This document shows positions 39,083 through 51,355 of a stretch of DNA of 64,000 bases, one piece after another (within the stretch, counting starts at the first letter, position 1; every line of letters starts with the position of its first letter). Origin of the DNA: Eledone cirrhosa (Eukaryota); contig OZ024745.1 of NCBI GenBank assembly GCA_964016885.1, forward strand, positions 134,540,001-134,604,000, written 5' to 3'. The notes below the pieces were generated by a model, which did no database searches, was not told where the DNA came from, and saw nothing but the letters and a program-made list of their open reading frames with translations. Position numbers and translations under genes: made by a program.

Positions 39083-40177
39083 ATTATTTCTATTGTAATG
39101 AATAAATTTATAGATGTGCTGAATGAATAACTTGAGACTGCATAGAGAGGCCTCTTTGGTCCTGTCAAAGACTGACCTCATTAGTGTGGGTGCTATCAGA
39201 TTCACCCAGTGCACTCTGTCAAATGGCAGTGTTGGTGTCATGATAAGATACACCCAGTACACTCTGTAAAGTGGTTGATGCAGAAACCAAACCAAATATA
39301 GAACATATGAACAAGACATGGTTCTCTGACCATTCTAGTATCAGACTCATCAAATTCTTGCTAGCTTGGAAAGCAAATTGATGATGATGATGATCTTCCT
39401 AACATTGTTACAAATTAGTTGTCTTAAGGATAAAGTGGTTGGGAGGACCCTTTAGTTCCATCAGGGATATGATAATCTCTGTACTGTTGGTACCATGATA
39501 CACTATGTAAAATGGTTGGTGTTGTGAACGGCATCAAACCATAGAAACCTTGCCAAATATGGAATATAAAGTGAAACATGATCTTCCATTCGTCTAGAAG
39601 TAACTCTGAATAAGAACTAGGACAGTATGAAAAGCAGATGTAAAATCAGGAGGGTTTCAATTATCTTTGATTTGGTGATAGGTAGGGCATCCAGCCATAG
39701 AAAACTTGCAAAACAGTCAAAAGAACTCTTTGCACCAAAGACATGACAACCTCTGTTATGCTGGTACTTTGATAAATGCCCTTGGTATACCACATAGACT
39801 GCAGGAACATATAAGATGCTGCCCCTGGCCTGTCTGTGGTTAGTAGTTCCAACTGAGTACAAACTTGGTCTATGATGACCCGTGCTAGCAGGGAGCATGG
39901 GTTTGAAACATAACACTCAGACTTGTAGCATTATGTTAAAGATTTTGATCATAGATGACATCAGATTTTAATTTTTTTATTGTAAGTTGTAAAAAAATAA
40001 TGCTCATCACAGGGGTTTTTTTTTTACAGATAGTTTTATGACTGCTTGCCCTTCTTGGGACTAACCCTATAAGTTGCAACATACTGATATGGTTTAACGC
40101 ACAGTGGATAAGGTAAAATGGTGATGTTTGTCACAGGGTTAGCATGGCTAACATTTGCTGTATCAGGGAAAATGACC

Positions 40178-40304
40178 TTAACACTTTAGCATTTAAACCG
40201 GCTGTAATTGGCCACTCACACTGATGTTAAGGTATTATTATCAATAAATATCAAAATCTCATAAAAAATATAATAGTAAATATATGTAAATTCTAAAGTG
40301 TTAA
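40178..40304. mobile_element. piggyBac-type MITE, shortened
   Basis: TTAACACTTTAG...CTAAAGTGTTAA. Confidence 0.72.
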
Positions 40305-40537
40305 CCTAATGAATTAATCTCCCTTTAATACATGATGCAGTGTTAGGTTGTTTGTGAGAATGTGAAATATCATATATTAGCCATAAGGGAAGCAATTCAT
40401 AAAATCTTGCTAATAGTTATCTCCCCACTAATACGTAATGTAGTGGCATCGTTAAAATTGTTTTTATTGTTTTATTTTAACTCTTTTTTTTTTACATTTT
40501 CTTTCTTAACATTGATATTATTTTTTATATTTTCTAG

Positions 40538-40586
40538 ATTCAAAAAATTTGTTTCGGGATTTTAAAACGGTTAATTGAAATATGGT
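40538..40586 (+). CDS. XPOT: XPOT exon (IQKICFGILKRLIEIW)
   Basis: ag/gtaag flanks; QKxCFxILxxLxExW motif. Confidence 0.88.
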
Positions 40587-40899
40587 GTAAGTATTGGACA
40601 TGTCTATTCTTGTATAATTTATATTTCTAGGAATTGGCAGTCATTAGGATGTCCAATAGAATATCTTGTGGTATTCATTGGTAAATGAAAGTACAGCTCT
40701 ATATTGCTAGATTGGCAGATGTGTTGGATGAGTTGCCTTGAAGTATCCAGCCCTTTGTATTCGTAGTTCAAATCCTGCTGTAGTGAATATGCTCATTATA
40801 ATACCACCATATAGGTTCAAATTCTTTCTAGTGTTTCAAATCACTTCAATGGCCAGAGATAATTACCTAACCATTGGCACTCAATTGATTATGAAAGCT

Positions 40900-41560
40900 G
40901 TCTGTTACTGCAGTTGATCGATGATGAAGAATTTGTGAGAATTTAGCATGGTACAATCTCCAAGGAAAATAAAAACTGATAGGTAATATATATCAATTGT
41001 GCTCCATGGACATGATGGCAAAAGCATTGCAGCAAAGGATTCCATCCTGAGGCAGAATACATGCTTTAGATATTTTCAGAAAAAAAACAGTTGTTGGGGA
41101 ACTAAGGAAAACAAAGGTATAAGTGGTGACCAACATGAAAAGGAGGCAGTCAGTCACTATTTGAATATCTTTTGATTCCTTGCATTACAGATAGCAGTTC
41201 TTGGGCTTTTAGAGATTTACCTCCTTTAAATGAGAGAAGGGTTATACTGTCTGGATACTTAACTGGCTCCATGGCCAAGACCATCAGGTTCCAGATAGGA
41301 AACTGGGCATGTCAAGGGAACCAGTATGTGTTTACCATGGCTCCATTTGTGTTGCTCACACACGCAGATGCACTTATTAAGAAAGGTACTGGTTGATGAA
41401 GAGGGCCCCAAAATGAAACCAATGCAGATGTGTGGCAGAATGGAGGTAGGCAAGGCAGTGTTAGTCCAAGGAAGAATCGATCCACAATCCAGTTTTATCT
41501 ACATATCATGTTATCCCAGTGGCATTGGTATACGGAAGAGGGGTGGTTATTGACCAATAG
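40900..41560 (-). mobile_element. Highly decayed LINE RT fragment
   Basis: GFILGP (GSILGP-like) and FLKISKA (FLDISKA-like) on the minus strand. Confidence 0.35.
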
Positions 41561-41874
41561 TGGTATGTAGCTCAATTGGTTATAATTCCACAAATCAGGA
41601 ATTTGGAGGGATTTAGTAACATAATCAACCTTTTCGTTATTTGATGTTTGTAACAGCTTCTTATATAGAATTAGGTGATAAGTTTTGAGATAAATATAAA
41701 CACTTTAAATAAAGCAGCTTAGTAGGATAGAACCAATTGTATTTGCTAAGATTAAAACTGATTTGAGAAACATAATTTGGAAATTATCAAAATGAATCTT
41801 TTTTAGGACTTTGAAAATAATTATTTTGAAGAACATTTAGTTAATAGATTTTCCTTTATTTTTCTTTCTTCCAG

Positions 41875-41990
41875 GTGGGGAAAATGGGCTGGTTGGATTT
41901 GAGGAATTTGTTTACCAAAGTGTTGTACCTGCTTGTATCTTAACTCCTATGAAACCAGCTTTTGATTTGAATGATGCTCAAACTGTTATT
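41875..41990 (+). CDS. XPOT: XPOT exon (GENGLVGFEEFVYQSVVPAC...FDLNDAQTVI)
   Basis: ag/gtaag flanks. Confidence 0.9.
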
Positions 41991-42351
41991 GTAAGCCTCA
42001 TTTTATTTTATTCAACTTTAAATTTGTTTTTACTATGTAATTAGAGAGGGGTGTTGGGCTCACAAATATAATATTGTGGGTTTGACTCCTGGATTGTATA
42101 GCACATTGTGTTCTTGAGAAAAACACTTCATTTCACATTGGTCCTATTTCACTCAGCTGAAAATGATTACCAGCAGCAGCTGGAGAATTAAACCTGCAAT
42201 GTACTTTTCTCAACAACAGTGAAACCGGGATAAACACCAGTCTGATGAGGCTTCAGACTTGAGGCATGCTTAACATTTTTAGACAGAGAAAAATCAGTGC
42301 CCATGATTACTTTCAGGGCTTCGAAGACTGGTAGGAGGAAGGAATGCATCC

Positions 42352-43443
42352 TTAACCCTTTAGCATTCTCATTAATTTTCAAACGTCATGCTTATCTGTT
42401 CGCATTATTTTGAGTTATTGTGCCAAAAGTAGAAACAATTATTTTGAGTTAATCATACTCAAGAGGGTTATCAATTTTATTTGTTTGTAATTTTCTTAAT
42501 TTTCTATGTGCAGGCTTGAAATTTTGCCAGTAGATGTTTAAATATCAATAATTTACAATTATATAATTTTACCTGATTTTTTTTTTTTTGGTAAAAATTT
42601 GGGCAGGTGAAATTAATTAATAGGGGCATTTGAAGTATCAACCAGGTGCAAATACTGGTTTAATTTTAAATACGTTGTTTTCGGCATAATACTTGATATA
42701 TAAGGATCACTAAACTTTATATCAGTGTTCCGGTAATTCCAGTCTTGGTAATTGTTTTATACCGAACATAATATTTACGGTAAAAATGCTTGCATTTCCG
42801 CAGCATCTGTCGGTCGCCAAACAGATCGGGTTTTCCTCGATTTGAAATCTGTTGGGCATATCGATTAATCTCTTCTGCCACAGCTTCGAAGAAAGTTTGT
42901 GGTAAAAACAAAAAGAAATAATCCAGTGCTTTAGCATTGGGAGCTAATGTGTGCTGTGGACCAGTATTTTGAATAAAATGGGGAATATATGTTAGTGTGG
43001 TATTTTTCAACGATGTTGCTGTAATATTTTCAATGACGTCCTGTTTTCACTTTCAAAACAATCATCGTCGGACGAAATTTCAGAAATATAAACATCAGAT
43101 TCGTTTGAAGATAAATCACTAATATTATCGTTTGTTTCTTGTTTATTCTGAATGCCATCATGTGTAAAACCTTGAAAGTCGTATCGCTGCTTTCACAAGC
43201 CATGTTGATAGACAAAAAATCTGTTCTAATTTCAAAGTTAAAAAAAACACTTGTTTTAAGTTGTTTCACCATATTAAATGTTGATTTTCGCGGTAAGAGC
43301 ATAATCTCGCAGTAATCTCGAATTGACGAGATTTTTATGATGGTTTGTTTATTTTTAGAACGATTTTTTAGTGTGGCGATTTCGGAGGGTTTGAACAAAT
43401 GAAGAGGAAATAATTTTGGGCGGTTTGAACACTAAAGGGTTAA
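42352..43443 (-). mobile_element. Internally deleted piggyBac element with transposase relic
   Basis: TTAA|CCCTTTAGCATT...AACACTAAAGGG|TTAA; ORF 42717..43010 ALDYFFLFLPQTFFEAVAEEINRYAQQ resembles the PGBD N-terminal block. Confidence 0.82.
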
Positions 43444-43647
43444 CCATTTAAACCAGCTGAATCCGGCCAGAATTCTCTCACCTCTTTCTGTTCAAACTGG
43501 CCATAACTAGCCACTCATACCGATGTTAAGGTATTGTTCTCCAAATAAATAATATCATCATCAAAATTACAGATTCAATATTATGTGATATACAGCCTTT
43601 ACGACAAAAATACAATAGTATACATAAGGTAAAAGCTAAAGGGTTAA
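43440..43647. mobile_element. piggyBac-type MITE abutting the larger piggyBac relic
   Basis: Shares TTAA 43440-43443; ends CTAAAGGGTTAA. Confidence 0.78.
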
Positions 43648-43799
43648 ACTGGAGACCTGGTCCAAATGTTTGCAACAATTGTGGTGCATACATGGAGGTG
43701 TCATTCTATTGCCTATGGTTATTCTTAAATAGGAATAGAACCCGTGTCATTTATTCTAACTACCTCAATTATTTTGTCTATCCACTTCTTAGCTAGTAA

Positions 43800-46100
43800 A
43801 ATGCTTACTCCACCTGCCCCACCCAGAAGAACCTGGTCATGCATCCTATTATCTCTTCTTTAGCACACAGCAGACATCTACTCATCTCCATAATTTCACT
43901 TGGTCTACCTTTTGGTGTGGCAGCCCTGGGTTGGGATTCCTTTATAATATGGGAAAAATCTCTTGGTGGTTGGGTTGTATTTTGGTAATAGCCTTCTCTA
44001 CCTGAAAAGGAACGTGTAATCACTTGAAGTTGAAGGGGTTTCTCTCTCACTTGGCTAGGCTAGCCACAACACTTCCATCTGCTGCACTTATATGCTTAAT
44101 GTTAGCCTTATATATGCAATTATTTTTAATTCTGTGTTTGTCAGGCTTTTTTTTGCTGGCTGCCCTTCCTATCACCAGCCATTTTACAGTGTAAACTGGA
44201 TCCATTTTATGCTACCAGAACTAGAGAAGTCGTCTGTGTATCACTTTCAGTTTGGAATAATTGTTCTCTAAGACTGGACTGCATTCTCCACAGCTAATGG
44301 GCTTCTCATCTACCTTATGCAATCTTATTCATTCAGTTTTGGCTGGATTGCTATCAAAAGTATTACGGTTTTAGGGATTAAGAAGCAAGTGTTTTCAGGC
44401 CATCTTCCCTGCTTATGCAGAAGTTAGCCATGCAAACCCCATGACAAGCTTCTCCATTTTTCCTTATCGTCTATACCCTCAAACCAACCCTCCACACTTT
44501 CATTTCCTCAATCTTTAGCCATGTCTTTCTTGATCTTCAACTGAGCGATGCTATTCTCATTTCCTTTCTTTCAAGCTTTCTATGTTGTTTAAATTAGTAC
44601 TTCTCACACATACATCAAACTTTTCCTTTCAGTTTCTTTACCCCCACCCCCACTCTTTATTCACTCACCACTCAGTTCCCAGAACTTCTTTCATACTCAT
44701 CTCACTTTAGATATTGTTACAATGGGCTTAATACTAATGCTTGATGTACTCAAACCTTCACTTTAAAAACATCACTGATCTTGTTTTTTGTCCTTACTAC
44801 TGTACATGCTTTCACATACATTGTCATCACTAACCATTTTTCACCCCCAACTCTATCAATGCCCATGTAACTACTTCATGAAGAACTATAATGAAAGCTT
44901 TCTCCATATCATCAAATTCCAAAATTAATTCCTTCCTCTTGTCATCCCTTTATTCCTATAACTGCCTCACAATAAATGTATCTAGTTTCTTTTTTTCACA
45001 TTAGAAATACAAACTACAGTTCATCAATTTTCACCATTTCTCTTACTCTCTTCTCTAAACACTTTCCAATCATTTCATTCTATGTTCCAATAGCTTAATT
45101 GCTTTGTACGAGCCTCAGTGTAGAGGACCAACTTTCCCCTTGTACAGATGGATGAACATATTCAACTCCCAATCCACTGGGATACAGTCGTCATCTTCTT
45201 CACACCCCAAATTTACACTGCCATTTACATATTTCACACAATTCCTGTCAGCTCTTTCACTCTTCATCTTTCTGAATGCTTCTTCAACTTCTTCCTCAGC
45301 TATCTCTTCTCCCAGTCCAAGAACTCAATTGCTCTCTGTTTCCATATCTCTTCCACTTTTCCTTAATTCCATCTGAGTCTACAATTTCTCCCACTTTATC
45401 TTTGTCACATCACATCTATCACTTAGTAACACTGCTTTGAATCCATTTGTTCTCTAACCATTCTTCTATGTACTCTTGCTACTTCTTATCTGCCTTGTAG
45501 CCCTGGCAAGCTGCCTCTTCTGCTGCCATATACCTTGCTTTCTCTCATTCTCTGAATCTTCCCCCCCTTTCTCATCAATTATCTTTCCAACATCATCATT
45601 CCTCCACTATATTTTCAGGTGTCTTGGTTGTCTTTTTATCCATCCATACACATCACCAGCAACCCTAAACAAACCATCTTTCAAAACTTGCAAGCACTCT
45701 CAAGTTTATTTATATCATTTCTAACATAGTCAATTTCTCTTCTCACACTTCCTTCACTTTTGCTTCGTTTAACCTCTACATCTTCAACTTTGATTGATAT
45801 TTCTTCTGCTCAACTCTCTTACCACCTTTCACCCTCAGGTCACAGACAACCAGTTGGTGCTGTATAACAACCCCCTCCCCTTTGTATCACAAAGATCCTT
45901 CCTATCTCACCTTTGTACCATCAGGTAATGGACAACACACCTACCCATTGACTCCCTCAAAACCATCCATATTCCTTTCTACATGTCCATTCAAATTTGC
46001 TCCTATCACAATAGCTTTCTTCTCTTTCATGTTTTCAATCATCTCTATTGCGTACCAAAACTTGTTTTTCTCTTTGACACTCTGACCTACCCGTGGAACA
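43800..46100 (-). mobile_element. Old, highly degenerate RTE-like LINE (APE end plus RT) in an XPOT intron
   Basis: Minus strand QHQLVVCD (about 45840-45862) and PVDW...LYKGK (about 45135-45181); strong purine bias on the minus strand; boundaries approximate. Confidence 0.6.
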
Positions 46101-46167
46101 TGTTCTTAGATGATGGTTTAAGGACTTTTGAAATGTGTATATTTGATATTTGTATTTTCTGTTTCAG

Positions 46168-46215
46168 GCTTTGGGAGAGAGTGCTCAGTGTTTGAAATGT
46201 ATTCTGGATAAAAGG
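46168..46215 (+). CDS. XPOT: XPOT exon (ALGESAQCLKCILDKR)
   Basis: ag/gtaag flanks. Confidence 0.85.
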
Positions 46216-46541
46216 GTAAGTTTTAGAATAACGTTGAAAAAAGTAAGATACAATTTATAGCATGAAATTTATGGTATGTTTGATATGTATAATCTGATTT
46301 ATAAGAGTCAAATGTTAATCTTGAATAAGTGTATAAAACCCATTTAGAGAATGAATCTTGTATCATTCAAATGTCAGTCTGCTAATAATGTTCAGGAAGA
46401 ATTGGTTCAAGTGTCAATTTTTTCTTCTTTTGAAATGGAGAAATAGTGTCTGTTTGAAATGCATATATATACAATCAACAAAGTAAATGGACTATAACAA
46501 AAATTAGTAAGAAAGAAAAAAAACAAGTCATGTACACTCCT

Positions 46542-46747
46542 TTATCCCTTTAGTATTTACATTACTCTATATTTACTATTGTATTTTCACAGTAAACACT
46601 TTATCTCACATGATATCAAATCTACGAGATTTTGATCTTATTTATTTTTAGAACAATACCTTAACATAAGTATGTGCAGCTGGTTACAGCTGGTATGAAC
46701 AGAAAGAGTTGAGAGAATTATGACCGGTTTAAATGCTAAAGGGTTAA
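46542..46747. mobile_element. piggyBac-type MITE
   Basis: CCCTTTAGTATT...AATGCTAAAGGGTTAA. Confidence 0.78.
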
Positions 46748-46813
46748 TTACTCTCTACACCAGAGATTGTATATTAGTCAGATATGTTAACATAAAAAGG
46801 GTTAAAATATTCC

Positions 46814-46846
<33 letters not shown>

Positions 46847-46949
46847 CTGCTGTCCAGTTCCCCTGGTGAGTTTCTTACCACAATAATGTGTCTGTATGCT
46901 TGCATCAGTATAATGTTATATGTAATCATTTTTCTTTTTCTATGTTCAG

Positions 46950-47021
46950 GGTGATGAAGTGATAAACTATTTACAGAATGAATATTTTCCCAAGCTTCAA
47001 CTTTCTCCAGATCTAACCCAA
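46950..47021 (+). CDS. XPOT: XPOT exon (GDEVINYLQNEYFPKLQLSPDLTQ)
   Basis: ag/gtgag flanks; YLQxEY motif. Confidence 0.88.
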
Positions 47022-47153
47022 GTGAGTTTATTTTACAACATTGTTAAATGATCACTTTCTGTTTTATATCTACAATGTTGCAGTTTATTTGTGATCCTAT
47101 ATTTTAAAATTTAGTTAACTACATTTATTATATATATAAATTTCTTCTTCCAG

Positions 47154-47207
47154 CAATTCTGCCAAGCCTATGTGATGGGCATAAAATCTTTTAAACAATT
47201 TTTAAAG
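47154..47207 (+). CDS. XPOT: XPOT exon (QFCQAYVMGIKSFKQFLK)
   Basis: ag/gtagg flanks; FCQA motif. Confidence 0.85.
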
Positions 47208-47676
47208 GTAGGTACTCACAAAAATTTGGAACTTTATTATATTAACTCTGTGACATATTTCCCTTTATAAATCCAAAATCCGAAATAAAATAATTGATTT
47301 GTGCATGAAAAGAGTATTTAAAACATTTTCTAATAAACACTTCTATTTATATTAGATTCTTCCCAATTCAATTTTATCAATTAACTTTAAGCTGCATCTA
47401 ATGTCAGGCTCTGTGTTGGGAAACCCCATCTGTTGAAAACGATATAGTTAACTATTAACTGACCCCAGAACAGTAGCGCATGAAGGTTTGTAGCATAAAC
47501 TGCATTACTATGATTCAGTAGTATATCATGAAGGGGATCAGCAAATTAACATGGCAGCATTAGAATAAATGCTGTTTAAGATGTAAAATAATTTTGTTTG
47601 CTTAAGAATATAAAGTATATTTTCTATTATTACAATATGAAATTTTGTATTTAATATATATATATATATATATATA

Positions 47677-48005
47677 CAGAGAACCCGACCTCCCATGGGT
47701 ACATGCTGAAGCATATAAACAATATGCCCCCACACCCCCCACCGCAAGGTGGTCGTGGAGGTGCCACGGCAAAAAAGCACCCAGCCCACACTGTAAAGTG
47801 GACGTGTAGGCGCCACGAAAAAGCACCCAGCACTCACTGTAAATGAGGTTGGTGTTAGGAAGGGCATCCAGCTGTAGAAATCAAGCCAGATCAGTTCCTG
47901 TATGAGCAAGGCATGGTCAGCCGACCAGACACTGCACACAACAGGACAACCCGTCTAACCCATGCTAGCGTGGAAGAACGGACGTAAAACGGTGATGATG
48001 ATGAT
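47677..48005 (+). mobile_element. RTE 3' UTR fragment between TA-rich tracts
   Basis: Matches 3048-3385; (GAT)n tail. Confidence 0.88.
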
Positions 48006-48057
48006 ATATATTTGATTTTTTTTTTGATTTTTTTTTTTTTTTTTTTTTTTATAAAAA

Positions 48058-48088
<31 letters not shown>

Positions 48089-48615
48089 TGATGAAAACAA
48101 ATTGAATATGAATACTTACAACTAACTAAAAATTAGGATCATAATGCGTCCGCTCTTCAAATAAGACCATTTAGAAGTTACTTGTCATAAATATTTGGAA
48201 GGGGCTCATGTCGTCATTTATTCTTTTCCATATTACCTGTTTAACGGTGTGTTTTCACCACATGAGATCCTGCAGGGTAAATTATATTTATAAAATCTGT
48301 TTTATCTTGGGTCCGGAGCACTCATGATACCACTCACTCCTATTTTTTATATAAAAGTTTTTGCTTTAGTTTCAAAATATCTTCAGCAGGTGTTGGTGTT
48401 TCAAATGTCTAATATCATTGAAACTTTTCTGTCATGGCTTACAAAACTATCAGTATAATGTTTTTTTTAAAATGATTTGTTTATAACTCCTGCAGATTTT
48501 AACCTCAACTATGTTTATGTAGAATTCAAGATTGAGAGTGAATGGGATATATGTCATGCGCCAGTTACTGTATTGGCATTGAGAATGGTCACCTGAAATA
48601 CTTAGTGATTGGCAT

Positions 48616-48792
48616 AACCCTTTAACATTTACATTACTTTATATTTACTATTGTATTTTCGTGGTAAAGGCTTTATCTTACATAATTATCTCACATAATA
48701 TCAAATCTGAGATTTTGATATTTATTTTGAGAACAATACCTTAACATCAGAATTCTGGCCAGATACAGCCGGTTTAAATGCTAAGGGGTTAA
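48616..48792. mobile_element. piggyBac-type MITE
   Basis: TAACCCTTTAACATT...AATGCTAAGGGGTTAA. Confidence 0.78.
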
Positions 48793-48947
48793 ATATATAT
48801 TGCATAATTTAACACACATTACATTATATTAACACATAGAACACTGTTTTATTATATAGCACACTCTTTTAGTACATAGTACACTCTTTTGGTACATATT
48901 GCAGTCATTTAATATGAATTACATTATTTCTAACATTTTCTTTTCAG

Positions 48948-48974
48948 ACTTTCTTTTCATCTCTAAAGTCTTGA
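48948..48974 (+). CDS. XPOT: XPOT terminal coding exon (TFFSSLKS*)
   Basis: ttttcttttcag acceptor; short xFF-type C-terminus then TGA. Confidence 0.8.
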   Translation, partial: TFFSSLKS

Positions 48975-50821
48975 CAACAGTGGCACTGTAATAATGGTCA
49001 ACGGTATTCTGTTCGGAACAAGCTGATGTGGCAGTTTAAAACTTCAGCTGCAGGCTAGATAAGTTTGCAACCTGCTAGAGGTGTGTGTCATCAAATGCTT
49101 GGTAGCGTGCCCTGTATCCTGTGCTGTTAGATGGCTGGTTAACCACCTAGGTCTCCTGAATCATCCCTCTTCCTTCCAGCTGATGCAACTTAACCCAGTG
49201 TCTATAAGTTGACATCAATTTACTACTTTGTTATATAATGCTTTTTTTATATATCTATTTGTTCTATTTATTAAATTTTTGATATTTTTAGCTTTATTTA
49301 TTTAACTTTTTTTTGTGAAAGGTTTTTAGTTTTAAAAGTTTGATATAAACAAAAAAGAAAAACTGATGGTTAGATTGACAAAGTAATGTGCTCTGGAACC
49401 TTTTTTTAATACAAAGAAGTACATTGTTGGTCCTTTTTCTTTTAACAAACAAACTTGATAATTTGATAAGATATGGAAATTTTAATGAAAAGAAACAAAG
49501 ACTGAAATTTAATAATATATTTTCATTACTTTCTTTTTTTTTTTCAAAAGAAAATCTTTTACTCAATTGACCCTTTCATTACCATATTTCCAATGAAAGA
49601 CACTGTCTATTTGTTTCAAATAATTCTGAACATAATTGAATTTTGATGGATTTAGCAATATAACTAACTTTCCTATTATTATGCTGGTACTTGAAGCATA
49701 ACAAATGTTTTTACCTAAAATTATGATGGAAGACTTTTAGACTTTTGTATTGTAAATCCAGGGTTGGCTTCACATGGTTTGGAATCAAGCTAATGTTTGG
49801 AACATGGTTTATCAAAGTTTTACATAAATTTATGGTGATAGGGGTTAACTGAAATGTGAATAATTTTTTTTTTAATTGTCGAACCAGGGTTGGGTTCAGG
49901 CAGTTTGGTATCAAGTGGATTAAGTAGGTTGTTTGGAAATTGGTTCTAGGTGATCATATGTTTTGAAAAAATAAGGTATTCTACAATTAGAGAATTGCAG
50001 AATGATAGACGAAATATAATTGTCCTTCATTGTCCATTCAATGCTGTTTTTTTTTTTAATTAACCTTTAAAAACAAAATGCATTTGAATGATAAAATGTT
50101 GTTACCATATTTGTAATGAAAAACAGTGTGTTATTTTCAATAAATTTTGAAAATAATCAAGAATTTGAAGGAATTTAAATGAAATATATTTCTCATTATC
50201 AAGTTGGTCTTTTGAGCATAGCTTAAAAGTTTCTTACATAAAATAATGGTGGAAGGTTTTAAGATAAATTACAAAAAATTTAATTCAAATTTCTATACCA
50301 CATGAAACTGCATTAGCAAGTGAGTCTTTAAAATTACAAAACAGCACTATGACTGCATCACATTAAAAATAAAAATCTTTACTTTAGAATGCTGCAGGTT
50401 TCCACAACGATCCATCAACTAGTGAAGATACTATAGATATTTGAATTAATATATTTTTTTAGATTATTTTCTGCTAAATTCTTACAGGTTTAAAATAAGC
50501 AGCTTTGGTATCATAAGAATTAAGATCTCTTTGCTTTTTCTGTCAGTAAAGAGTTAAACATTCTTTTTCGCCCATGTATTCCTCAGAAGATGTGTTTCAG
50601 TTAATCAATTCACCAAGCTTGTCTTGGAACTTTTCTAATAAATTATAATTTCAAATATGAAATAGAGACTTCCTCACACCAACAGATTAAGAACTATTAT
50701 TTTATTAACTAGAATATTTTTATTCAAAATTCTGAGGCATGTATGAGTATATTATTATAAACATGCAGAAATACACTCACACGCAAATGTAGTGAATGTT
50801 AGACGCTGTTTTTTATAGTTT

Positions 50822-51355
50822 GTCATCACCCCTTCCTTTCCTCAGTCGTCTGTAGTGTGTGACGTCATCACCCCTCCCTTCCTCAGTCATCTCTAGTGTG
50901 TGACGTCATCACCCCTTCTTTCCTCAGTCATCTCTAGTGTGTAACGTCATCACCCCTTCCTTCCTCAGTCATCTCTAGTGTGTAACGTCATCACCCTTCC
51001 TTCCTCAGTCATCTCTAGTGTGTAACGTCATCACCCCTTCCTTTCTCAGTCATCTCTAGTGTGACGTCATCACCTTCCTTCCCCAGTCATCTCTAGTGTG
51101 TGACGTCATCACCCCTTCCTTCCTCAGTCATCTCTAGTGTGTGGCGTCATCACCCCTTTCCTCAGTCATCTCTAGTGTGTGACGTCATCACCCCTTCCTT
51201 CCCCAGTCTCTAGTGTGTGACGTCATCACCTCTTCCTTCCTCAGTCATCTCTAGTGTGTAACGTCATCACTCCTTCCTTCCTCAGTCATCTCTAGTGTGT
51301 AACGTCATCTATAGTTTGTGATGTCATCACCCCTTCCTTCCTCCGTTAATTCTAG
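50822..51355. repeat. Minisatellite, about 41-bp unit x about 13 (gtcatcaccccttccttcctcagtcatctctagtgtgtgac)
   Basis: Directly visible tandem units with small indels. Confidence 0.95.

Larger units (their letters stand above)
23007..48974 (+). pseudogene. XPOT: Exportin-T (tRNA nuclear export receptor), 20 exons covering roughly the C-terminal 80%; disrupted, N-terminal exons not seen
   Basis: GT-AG exons translate to motifs matching remembered XPOT (SWIDINLVAN, HEDDDIS, EEEAMF, ETVVRYEKFF, AFLDERGLR, DDQLFIYET, RSGVRQYLHRMVVCLEEE, FDLNDAQT); in-frame TGA 23169-23171, 1-nt deficit near 23211, phase clash between exons ending 36993 and starting 38273. Confidence 0.88.

Noticed and set aside
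42220-42270. GAAAC...CTGATGAG as a second hammerhead
   Set aside because: The required stems cannot be formed; it lies in a decayed SINE tail
48010-48070. poly(T)/poly(A) inverted run resembling a hairpin or terminator
   Set aside because: Low-complexity sequence next to a TA microsatellite, possibly low-quality consensus
50822-51355. CRISPR-like array
   Set aside because: Units are contiguous with no unique spacers, there are no cas genes, and the context is eukaryotic
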